Part shown: in pieces, positions 1 through 6,947 of the stretch
Layout: each line of letters opens with the position of its first letter
How positions within the stretch are numbered: position 1 is the first letter of the stretch
Source of the DNA: a virus
Taxonomy: Duplodnaviria > Caudoviricetes
Direction: 5' to 3' (one strand)
Length of the DNA stretch: 31,462 bases
Virus record (IMG/VR): IMGVR_UViG_3300025635_000107
Span: 1 to 31,462 of that record
Notes under the pieces: generated by a model
Told to the model about the DNA's origin: nothing
Seen by the model: only the letters and a program-made list of their open reading frames with translations
Databases searched by the model: none
Position numbers and translations under genes: made by a program

Positions 1-106
1 GGATAGTAAGGTTGCTTATTTTTTGGACGGTGACAGTCGAGAGTTTGCAAACGCAGCGGAACTGTATGTCGCTTATATGGAGAAAGTGTGCGGGGTGGAA
101 GCATGA
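1..106 (+). CDS. 3' end of a hypothetical protein (truncated by window start)
   Basis: Frame from position 2 is open (DSKVAYFLDGDSREFANAAELYVAYMEKVCGVEA*); its TGA overlaps the ATG at 103 (ATGA). Confidence 0.55.
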   Translation, partial: DSKVAYFLDGDSREFANAAELYVAYMEKVCGVEA

Positions 107-552
107 TCACACTAACACGCGAGGAAGCGCAACAGGTGCTGGATGCGTTGGTGTTTGCAACGCCATCAGGATATGGGCCTACTGAAGTGTATAAGGATTC
201 TATTGTCCTACTCCAAAATCGTCTCGCAAAGGAAACGCCATATGAAGTAGGTCAGCGGCTGTATCGGCAAGGGCTTGGTATCTCTGACATACCGACTGCT
301 GTTTATTCCGATAGTGATATTGCTGAGGCGTATCGTGGTTTTGAAGATGCTCGACTCGCGCAGCCTGAACCGGAGCCGGTGATGTTGATGGATGCGCCGT
401 TGCTTCTAAATGGTCAACCACTCTACACCGCCCCACCACAGCGCGAATGGCAGGGGCTGACGGATGAGGAAATACACATCATTATTCGAGATTCGCCGTT
501 AAGTATTTTCCGCGCCATAGAAGCCAAGCTAAAGGAGAAGAACAATGGATAG
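103..552 (+). CDS. hypothetical phage protein with modular C-terminus (PLYTAPPQREWQGLTDEEI...RAIEAKLKEKN)
   Basis: ORF 88..552; ATG at 103 preferred because of the ATGA overlap with the upstream stop. C-terminal module is shared with the next gene. Confidence 0.75.
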   Translation: MITLTREEAQQVLDALVFATPSGYGPTEVYKDSIVLLQNRLAKETPYEVGQRLYRQGLGISDIPTAVYSDSDIAEAYRGFEDARLAQPEPEPVMLMDAPLLLNGQPLYTAPPQREWQGLTDEEIHIIIRDSPLSIFRAIEAKLKEKNNG

Positions 553-743
553 ACAATGCCCAAGTTGCGGAGGTTTTTGCAAAAAGTCAGGTTGCGAACG
601 AGAAAATATCGCCCCACCACAGCACAAATGGCAGGGGCTGACGGATGAGGATATTGGTAATTTTACGAAAGCGGTTTGGCCTCGTGAAGCAACCTCGTCG
701 GATTTTATCCGCGCCATCGAAGCCAAGCTAAAGGAGAAGAACA
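430..743 (+). repeat. two pairs of near-identical direct repeats shared by adjacent genes
   Basis: GCCCCACCACAGC...AATGGCAGGGGCTGACGGATGAGGA at about 430-470 and 611-651; CCGCGCCAT(A/C)GAAGCCAAGCTAAAGGAGAAGAACA at 510-544 and 709-743. Confidence 0.9.
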
Positions 744-748
744 CATGA
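545..748 (+). CDS. hypothetical protein, Cys-rich N-terminus plus the same WQGLTDE...RAIEAKLKEKN module
   Basis: AGGAG RBS upstream; CPSCGGFCKKSGC motif; overlaps both neighbours. Confidence 0.75.
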   Translation: MDRQCPSCGGFCKKSGCERENIAPPQHKWQGLTDEDIGNFTKAVWPREATSSDFIRAIEAKLKEKNT

Positions 749-1023
749 GATACCTATTTCTACTACTGGCGACGCCTGCAATCGCTGCCCAGCCCGGCTA
801 CCTGACGTACACAAACGACATCAGCGTTCAGACGGTGTTGACTCAAGACCGGCCTGATTGGTGCCACGGCATGAAGATGGCCTTTGACATCGATGGCCTA
901 GACCGCGCCTACTACGGCTGCTGGGCCTTGTCGCAGGGGTTCGTGCATATCGAAATGTTGGACGGCGGCAAGCGTATTATCCCCATCTCTCGATTTATTA
1001 AACCCAAGGAGGAAGCAAAATGA
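745..1023 (+). CDS. hypothetical exported protein (signal-peptide-like N-terminus)
   Basis: MRYLFLLLATPAIAA has a basic N-end, hydrophobic core and AxA-type cleavage site; AGGAG RBS; ATGA overlaps. Confidence 0.75.
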   Translation: MRYLFLLLATPAIAAQPGYLTYTNDISVQTVLTQDRPDWCHGMKMAFDIDGLDRAYYGCWALSQGFVHIEMLDGGKRIIPISRFIKPKEEAK

Positions 1024-1166
1024 CGGACTTTACCAAGTATGAGACGCAGCGTGAGATTTTGATCGACTACCTGCATGTCATGATCGCCCGCAGCGATTGG
1101 CACGGCGTGTCCGATGTGGCCAACGATCTGCGCGAACTGGAGGCCGAACAACGTGAAAAGAATTGA
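1020..1166 (+). CDS. hypothetical protein, 48 aa (MTDFTKYETQREILIDYLHVMIARSDWHGVSDVANDLRELEAEQREKN)
   Basis: Translated by hand (below ORF-track cutoff); strong AAGGAGG RBS; ATGA overlap with the upstream stop. Confidence 0.75.
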   Translation: MTDFTKYETQREILIDYLHVMIARSDWHGVSDVANDLRELEAEQREKN

Positions 1167-1326
1167 TTATTGGAAGGCCAAATTAAAGGCCGCGCAGGTG
1201 GAAGAGCGCCAGCGCAACAAGGAGTACAACCAGATCGCCAACGCTTGGATGCGTGCGGTGGATAAATTAGAAACCATAGAACAGAAGGTCGAAGATGAAA
1301 AAGCAAAGCTGGCGCGCACTGAATGA
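1153..1326 (+). CDS. hypothetical coiled-coil protein
   Basis: ORF 1114..1326; GTG at 1153 follows GGAGG; charged helical sequence. Confidence 0.65.
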   Translation: MKRIDYWKAKLKAAQVEERQRNKEYNQIANAWMRAVDKLETIEQKVEDEKAKLARTE

Positions 1327-1489
1327 CCAGTTGCCGTCATTGTCAGAGGACGAGGTGTTCGCACTACTGACACATGAGACGTTGAACGAGCGCCGCAGCT
1401 CCCACCTGCAGCGCCTGCATCAGCGGTACTGCGCCCTGCGTGACGCCCGTGAACGGTTGGAAATTATGGCCAAGGCGGTACGCCCATGA
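1295..1489 (+). CDS. hypothetical protein
   Basis: Fills the gap in the coupled gene chain; ATGA overlap with the next gene. Confidence 0.7.
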   Translation: MKKQSWRALNDQLPSLSEDEVFALLTHETLNERRSSHLQRLHQRYCALRDARERLEIMAKAVRP

Positions 1490-1935
1490 ACAGAGATGAC
1501 ATTATTCGCATGGCGCGGGAAACTGACTTACTTGAAGTTATTGATGATGCTTATCAAGAACGTGACGACTGGCATTCTTTTGTTGAACGCTTTGCCGCTC
1601 TAGTTGCAGCAGCAGAACGCGAGGCGTGCGCTGAAATATGTGAGACAGCGGCAGGATGGGGAGAATATTGTTCTAAGTGTGGTTCGCCGCACAGAGGGGA
1701 TAGCCCAACCGGAATGTGGTGCAATTCCTGTGGTAATCAAAACCCTTGTAATTGCTGGAATAAAACCTATTGCTCGGCGCATGACTTAAACCATGTTCAT
1801 GAATTTGATGATTACGGTTATTGCAAAGGGAAAAAAGATGGATGCGCCGCTAGACTTGAATACCAGCGGACAAAAAGTAAAGAAAAAACGCCGATGGAAT
1901 TGGCAATAGCTATCCGCGCAAGGGGGCCAGAATGA
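1486..1935 (+). CDS. hypothetical protein with Cys/His-rich putative metal-binding insert
   Basis: EREACAEICE...AIRARG scaffold; CSKC, CNSC, CNC, CSAH motifs; ATGA overlaps at both ends. Confidence 0.75.
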   Translation: MNRDDIIRMARETDLLEVIDDAYQERDDWHSFVERFAALVAAAEREACAEICETAAGWGEYCSKCGSPHRGDSPTGMWCNSCGNQNPCNCWNKTYCSAHDLNHVHEFDDYGYCKGKKDGCAARLEYQRTKSKEKTPMELAIAIRARGPE

Positions 1936-2177
1936 AATGTCAGCACTGCGGCAGCAAGACCCATGTAGTCAACACTACGCAACAGCCAGGCGGCATCCGG
2001 CGGCAACGCAGGTGCCCATCATGCAAGAACAATGCCTACTCAGCAGAGGTGTGGGTCGCAGGCAACGTGACGGTGGGTAAATCGATTTATACTAAGGACG
2101 AGGCGGCGTTGATAAAAAAGAAAGGCGTCGACGCCCGCCGCGCAAACGAAGACAGGAGGAAAAAAGATGCTACGTGA
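1932..2177 (+). CDS. zinc-ribbon protein resembling the NrdR N-terminal domain
   Basis: MKCQHCGSKTHVVNT...IRRQRRCPSC matches the NrdR-type CxxC...RRRRxCxxC pattern; no ATP-cone domain. Confidence 0.75.
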   Translation: MKCQHCGSKTHVVNTTQQPGGIRRQRRCPSCKNNAYSAEVWVAGNVTVGKSIYTKDEAALIKKKGVDARRANEDRRKKDAT

Positions 2178-2349
2178 TGGATACTTTATTAAGGAAGAGC
2201 CACCCAAAATCGGCGCGCACTACATTCCGCAGTTCTACGCGCGCCCTGCAACGCCAGAGGAGCGATTCGTGCAGGACATCATGCTAGGCCAACGCCCAGA
2301 GGGTGAGTCGCCTGTGGTGAAGCTGTTTGGCCGGCTACTGAGCATATGA
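2167..2349 (+). CDS. hypothetical protein
   Basis: AGGAGG RBS; overlaps both neighbours. Confidence 0.7.
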   Translation: MLRDGYFIKEEPPKIGAHYIPQFYARPATPEERFVQDIMLGQRPEGESPVVKLFGRLLSI

Positions 2350-2534
2350 AGGAGTTTGTGGTGGTCTACTACGCGGCCATCGTGGTGGCGACCGTTGGCT
2401 TTCTGGCGCTCTTTGTGCCAGACCAGCCACGGCCCACGCCGTCCGATTGTGCTGTAGTCGAGTTCGGGCCGGACATGTCCACCCGCGACCGTGAGGTCTG
2501 CCGGCAGTTACGCCAGCATCGTCACCGCATGTGA
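2346..2534 (+). CDS. small membrane-anchored hypothetical protein
   Basis: N-terminal hydrophobic helix (FVVVYYAAIVVATVGFLALFV) followed by a two-Cys domain; ATGA overlap. Confidence 0.65.
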   Translation: MKEFVVVYYAAIVVATVGFLALFVPDQPRPTPSDCAVVEFGPDMSTRDREVCRQLRQHRHRM

Positions 2535-3020
2535 TTGCGCCTCCGCTACCCGGCGCATCCAGCCTTTGCCAAAGGTTGCGAACGTCGGGAGCGCCTTGTA
2601 GAACAGCTCCTTTTCCATGCTGAACTTGGCTATCAAGTCCTTCTGATCGGCGTCTTTTAGCGCCTGCATGGTCTTGGGGCCGATGACGCCATCAGGGTTC
2701 GTTCCGATCGCTTTCTGCAAGGTCTTGATCGCTCTGCCGGGTCCGGCATTGACTGCAAAGTCGAACATCAGATAGTCTAGCCCCGTTGGCAGCTCGTCGC
2801 CCTTGACCGCATCCCAGTACTTCTTCCTGTACATAGGCGCCACTGTATCCGGGGTCAACGCGCGCATCTCTTTTTCGCCAACAGCTTTGCCGACCCATTC
2901 TTCCCATACCTTTTTGGTGACGCCCAGATTGGTCATGCCGCCTGGATCTTTCGGATGATTACTGAACCCACCCTCATGCAGCAGGACGGCCTGCAGCGCC
3001 TGGCGAAAGTTTTCCTTCAT
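2508..3020 (-). CDS. endolysin, glycoside hydrolase family 108 with peptidoglycan-binding C-terminus
   Basis: HEGGFSNHPKDPGGMTNLGVT catalytic motif, FDFAVNAGP, DGVIGPKT, FGKGWMRR. Confidence 0.92.
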   Translation of the reverse strand: MKENFRQALQAVLLHEGGFSNHPKDPGGMTNLGVTKKVWEEWVGKAVGEKEMRALTPDTVAPMYRKKYWDAVKGDELPTGLDYLMFDFAVNAGPGRAIKTLQKAIGTNPDGVIGPKTMQALKDADQKDLIAKFSMEKELFYKALPTFATFGKGWMRRVAEAQSHAVTMLA

Positions 3021-3187
3021 TACTTGTCAGGCGCGACCACACCAATCAAGCCAGCTACAGCCAAGCCGGTCGAGATGACAGCTTCAGCCATCTGCGGTGC
3101 GATGGGCACGCCGATTGCGGTCAAGAACAGAATAGCGCCACGCCAAGTGGATGGCTCTTTAGCACGGGCAAGAAAATAGCTTCTCAT
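3020..3187 (-). CDS. putative holin, 55 aa (MRSYFLARAKEPSTWRGAILFLTAIGVPIAPQMAEAVISTGLAVAGLIGVVAPDK)
   Basis: Translated by hand; GGAGG RBS; two hydrophobic segments; TAATG overlap with the endolysin start. Confidence 0.75.
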   Translation of the reverse strand: MRSYFLARAKEPSTWRGAILFLTAIGVPIAPQMAEAVISTGLAVAGLIGVVAPDK

Positions 3188-3196
3188 AACGCCTCC

Positions 3197-3418
3197 TTAT
3201 TTGTCCTGCTTGTTATCGAGCTTGTCGAAAATCTTGGCCAACATATCCTTAATGTCGTGCATGTCGTCTTTGTAGTCTTCACGACTGACGTACATGTGCG
3301 GCATGGCGCGCACGTCCGTGTCCAGACGATCAAGCGATTTGTGGATGTTGTTCAATATCCAACCGCCGAAGAAGCCCGCAATCGCCACGGCGATATTAAA
3401 AAGCACCTGTGAATCCAT
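3197..3418 (-). CDS. small membrane protein of the lysis cassette (holin/antiholin-like)
   Basis: N-terminal TM helix plus coiled-coil; lies directly upstream of the holin and endolysin. Confidence 0.7.
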   Translation of the reverse strand: MDSQVLFNIAVAIAGFFGGWILNNIHKSLDRLDTDVRAMPHMYVSREDYKDDMHDIKDMLAKIFDKLDNKQDK

Positions 3419-3421
3419 GCG

Positions 3422-3943
3422 TCACTCGTAAAGAATGTTGATGGTGCCGGCGTCGAATGTATCGGTGCCGTTGACTGTTGTGATGCGTACTCTGTCTAAT
3501 GTATCTGAAGTTGATTTAGAACCGCCACCAGCATAAGGTGTCTGCGTATTTGATGAATCGCCAAGCGCAACGTTAGACACCCACGCATTAGTGTTTATAG
3601 AAGTAATCGTCATAATGCCAGATAAAACAGAAGCCGCCGCCCCATTACTTGTTGCAATAAGCCCAGCGGTTGACGTTGCTGTCGCGGCGTTGTTACCTAC
3701 CGCAGAAGTGTAGCCAGTTGTTTCAACCCCGCCTGAGTCCCCCAACTGAACCAAAATATTACTTGATCCACTTATACTCACCCCGCTAAACATCACCGTA
3801 ATCCGCTTGACCCAACTAGGAATGCTAGTAAAGTCAATGCTGGTTCCGCTAGTTGACGCAACAGCCGTACCACGCTGAATGCTGTCATACACAGCACCGC
3901 TATTCGTTGTTACACCTGCGCTACCGTTAATGACTACTGACAT
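3422..3943 (-). CDS. tail fibre / receptor-binding-like structural protein (paralogue of 5461..6045)
   Basis: S/T/G-rich beta-type sequence; shares DFTSIPSWVKRIT and TLDRVRITTVNGTDTFDAGTINILYE with 5461..6045. Confidence 0.7.
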   Translation of the reverse strand: MSVVINGSAGVTTNSGAVYDSIQRGTAVASTSGTSIDFTSIPSWVKRITVMFSGVSISGSSNILVQLGDSGGVETTGYTSAVGNNAATATSTAGLIATSNGAAASVLSGIMTITSINTNAWVSNVALGDSSNTQTPYAGGGSKSTSDTLDRVRITTVNGTDTFDAGTINILYE

Positions 3944-4167
3944 GACAGCCCCCTCAATTCATCTAAAGTCGTGCAAGTGTCCACCAGCGTAGTGATGTCA
4001 CGCAGACGCTGCTTCTCTGCGGCCACGGCAGCCAAGGTCACACCGTCAGCTGTTTCGGTTGCGCGCATGAAGGCCACATCTTGAGCAGCTAGCAGTGGTG
4101 TACGTTCAGCACGTAGCCGGTCTTTGGTAATCGCCTTGGCCTTGTCAAAATCTATCTGAATAGTCAT
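3934..4167 (-). CDS. tail fibre assembly/chaperone-like small protein
   Basis: RLRAERTPLLAAQD...EKQRLRDIT resembles the R..R...L...D...RQ.LRD(I/L) pattern of phage tail-fibre assembly proteins; located in the fibre cluster. Confidence 0.6.
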   Translation of the reverse strand: MTIQIDFDKAKAITKDRLRAERTPLLAAQDVAFMRATETADGVTLAAVAAEKQRLRDITTLVDTCTTLDELRGLSCQ

Positions 4168-4168
4168 T

Positions 4169-4828
4169 TTATAAACCTTTCAATTTGCAGTTATCTCCAT
4201 GCCATCTAGACATAGCACCGCCAGCGCCAACTTTACCGCAATGCTTGCAAATAATAGTTGAGTATTTTCCTATCTTAACGCCAGTTCTAGCTTTTGACAT
4301 TCTTTCTCTTTGTTCAGCTGACAATACAATGCCTTTTTTTGGTGAAGGTTTACCAAGTCTAGCAAGGCGCATTTTAAGTCTAGCTTCATCAGATGCTTTA
4401 TGGCCTTTTCTTTTGGTTGGCTTGCCTTTCCTAACCTCGCTCATTCTTGCAACATGAGCGGCAGTGAAAACCATACCTTTTCTTTTTTCGCTCACTTTTT
4501 TTGCTATTTCCGGCCTTTTCATTGGGTTTAATTCCCCAACAGAAGCGCCGAGAGCAGTGTTTTTTGAGTTGTAAGTATCCGAAAAAAATGCGTCAAGCAC
4601 TGCTTGTTCTATTTCCCTAGCTTCACTTTCTGTTTTTGCTTCACATTGAACAATAAACTGAAAACTGTCTATACCGTATTTATTCACCGCATTTTGTAAA
4701 TAGTTGCAATGATGCCTGTTGTTTCTTAATTTTGACTTGTGAGTTATTAATCTTTTTTTAACGTCAATTGAGCTACCGACGTAAAATTTACGTGATTGTG
4801 TATGTACTATTGTGTACACACCAATCAT
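4169..4828 (-). CDS. GIY-YIG homing endonuclease with NUMOD3-like repeats
   Basis: GVYTIVH...FYVGSS...KRLITH catalytic motif; repeated (R/K)MSxxRxG; terminal CKHC...H...C; visibly AT-richer than the flanks. Confidence 0.9.
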   Translation of the reverse strand: MIGVYTIVHTQSRKFYVGSSIDVKKRLITHKSKLRNNRHHCNYLQNAVNKYGIDSFQFIVQCEAKTESEAREIEQAVLDAFFSDTYNSKNTALGASVGELNPMKRPEIAKKVSEKRKGMVFTAAHVARMSEVRKGKPTKRKGHKASDEARLKMRLARLGKPSPKKGIVLSAEQRERMSKARTGVKIGKYSTIICKHCGKVGAGGAMSRWHGDNCKLKGL

Positions 4829-5016
4829 TCAGTCACCTCAGTAAAATCAGCCGTCCAAGCATTACGGAATGTACGGTCAGAAGGTACGTCAGCCGCATCA
4901 ATGATCTTGTAAGGCTTGCTAGCAGGAATGTCTTTCATAGCCGCTTCAACCGATTCCGCTGGGATGATGATGGAGATGCCGCCATCGTCGTTAGGATAAA
5001 TTATGCGCTTGTCCAT
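4825..5016 (-). CDS. hypothetical tail-associated protein
   Basis: AAGGA RBS; KRIIYPNDDGG...DRTFRNAW; ATGA overlap with the endonuclease start. Confidence 0.75.
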   Translation of the reverse strand: MDKRIIYPNDDGGISIIIPAESVEAAMKDIPASKPYKIIDAADVPSDRTFRNAWTADFTEVTE

Positions 5017-5028
5017 TGTTAGTCCTTA

Positions 5029-5451
5029 TTAACGGAAAATGCCGACATTGCAAAATAATGGGTCAACGCCAGAGCCACCGTCAGTCACCACAAACCTTAC
5101 AGAAGTTGTTGCATACGACCGAGGTGAAAATCCACGTTGAGTGTTGCCAGCAACAATAGTGTCATTTAAAGTACAAACGCCAATCGCGGAAAAGTTTGCA
5201 TCTGGCAACGCATTGGTAAAGTTGGCCGTATAGTCACCTGTACCATTATCCGTAATTGAAGTCACATTAAACGACGCGCGAATAGCGACAGTGCCTGTAC
5301 CGTTAAAGTTCACCCACGCACGACAGAACGTACCAATCTGCGTACCTGCGCTATCCTGAATCGTTGGCGGCGTGTTAGCCACACCGTTCTTAATCACCAA
5401 CGTGCTTGTCGACGCGGCTTCTAGTTGATCTGCTACGATAGTTCCAGCCAT
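5029..5451 (-). CDS. tail fibre-like structural protein
   Basis: CRAWVNFNGTG...IRASFNVTSITDNGTGDYTANF motif typical of small phage fibre-tip proteins; located in the fibre cluster. Confidence 0.7.
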   Translation of the reverse strand: MAGTIVADQLEAASTSTLVIKNGVANTPPTIQDSAGTQIGTFCRAWVNFNGTGTVAIRASFNVTSITDNGTGDYTANFTNALPDANFSAIGVCTLNDTIVAGNTQRGFSPRSYATTSVRFVVTDGGSGVDPLFCNVGIFR

Positions 5452-5460
5452 GATCGTCTC

Positions 5461-6045
5461 TCACTCGTAAAGGATGTTGATGGTGCCAGCGTCGAAGGTG
5501 TCGGTGCCGTTGACTGTTGTAATGCGGACGCGGTCTAATGTGCCTGAGAGGGCAATAACGCCCCCGCTAGTCCTAGACCCCGCAGTTCCACCGCCGTTTA
5601 CGCCGCCTTGCGAACAATCCATAACCCAAGTATTGCCCGTAATATTGTTTAACCGCATTGCACCAACTACAGTTGCGGCAGCACCAACTCCTGTTGTAAG
5701 TAATAAGCCAGAAGTGCTAGAGGTAGAATCACTAGAGGAAGAGAATGTACTGGTGGCGTAAGACAAGTACCCAGATGTTGTAAAACTACCCGAGCCTAGT
5801 TGTATTTGTATAGCGCTTGACCCGTTAGTGCTTAAACCATTAAACATTATCGTAATACGCTTCACCCATGACGGTATGCTAGTAAAGTCAACGCTTGTGC
5901 TAGAAGCCGTTACCGCTGTGCCCGACACAATCGGAGCCAACGTTCCAGTAGTTGCTACCAATGTCTGCGTATTGCTGCCAGCAATAGCAGGAGCCGATAC
6001 GGTAATCGATCCGCTTGTGTCGCCTGAAAGAACTAAACTTGCCAT
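5461..6045 (-). CDS. tail fibre / receptor-binding-like structural protein (paralogue of 3422..3943)
   Basis: AAGGA RBS; S/T/G-rich; last 26 aa identical to 3422..3943. Confidence 0.7.
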   Translation of the reverse strand: MASLVLSGDTSGSITVSAPAIAGSNTQTLVATTGTLAPIVSGTAVTASSTSVDFTSIPSWVKRITIMFNGLSTNGSSAIQIQLGSGSFTTSGYLSYATSTFSSSSDSTSSTSGLLLTTGVGAAATVVGAMRLNNITGNTWVMDCSQGGVNGGGTAGSRTSGGVIALSGTLDRVRITTVNGTDTFDAGTINILYE

Positions 6046-6059
6046 GATTTATCCTTGTA

Positions 6060-6947
6060 TCAAAGTACAACCCACCGAGCGCCAGATGAAACGGTGACAA
6101 TTACCGCAGCCGTGATTGTCGTCGAAGACACCGACTGCGACACATCGACCGTGTAAGTACCAATACCGCCAGTAGCAGTGCCCAACGCCGTGATCGTTGT
6201 GCCGGCAGTCACACCTGACCCGGTAATGACCGACCCCACACCCAAGGCGCCTGTGGTGACCGAGGCGATTGTCAAGGTCGTGCCTGCGATACTGCCGGTA
6301 CCACTAAACCCGCTACCCAATGTGATCGGGCCGGTGGACATGGCATTCTTGGTCGACGGTATTGTATAGCTGATCGTGACGGTTTGATCGTTTTCGTAGA
6401 ACACTTCGTCGCTGCCGCCGCCGGACGCGCCGTTGCCGCCCACTTGCCCCCAGGCGCTATTGGAGTAACCTTCAAAAACGTCTAGCGTGCTGTTGTAACG
6501 GAACATGCCTTCAGCAGGCACGGCAGGCCGGTCGGTCGTGGCGCCCACAGGCATCTGGACGTAACCAAAGCCGGAGAAGGTGACATCTTGTGTGGCCGAA
6601 AGAGTAGTGAACGCGCCAGTGTTGGGCGACACGTCACCGATCGGTGGCGGCGAGCCGAACGACAGGTTGTCCAAGGGCACCAAAATATTGTCAGTGGTGT
6701 ACTGGGTGACGTCGTTCTCGTCGGTGATGACGAACTTGTACGCAACGGTTGGCTGCAGCCAAATGTTGGCCATGCCACGCGAGTCAAGAATAATCGGGTT
6801 GGCGTTAGCTGTTCCGCCTGCCTGGTCGGTGTAGGTCGCAATCGGTGTCGTCGTGCCGCCGGCGTAGGTGTAGACCTTACCGGCTACCAGCGGGTTACCG
6901 TTGGCATCGAAGAACTGCTGCTTGGGTGTTGGGGTTAAGGATGCCAT
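6060..6947 (-). CDS. tailspike/fibre adaptor with virion-binding N-terminal domain
   Basis: [18 protein letters not shown]...NPIILDSRG resembles the head-binding domain of P22-like tailspikes; follows the ejection genes as P22 gene 9 does. Confidence 0.75.
   Translation of the reverse strand: MASLTPTPKQQFFDANGNPLVAGKVYTYAGGTTTPIATYTDQAGGTANANPIILDSRGMANIWLQPTVAYKFVITDENDVTQYTTDNILVPLDNLSFGSPPPIGDVSPNTGAFTTLSATQDVTFSGFGYVQMPVGATTDRPAVPAEGMFRYNSTLDVFEGYSNSAWGQVGGNGASGGGSDEVFYENDQTVTISYTIPSTKNAMSTGPITLGSGFSGTGSIAGTTLTIASVTTGALGVGSVITGSGVTAGTTITALGTATGGIGTYTVDVSQSVSSTTITAAVIVTVSSGARWVVL

Noticed and set aside
4169-4828. Group I intron around the GIY-YIG gene
   Set aside because: The flanking genes have their own starts and stops abutting the ORF, leaving no non-coding sequence for a ribozyme core.
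3422-6045. Diversity-generating retroelement or invertible tail-fibre switch
   Set aside because: No reverse transcriptase or recombinase in the window; the repeats are direct, both copies are coding, and differences are mostly synonymous rather than adenine-specific.
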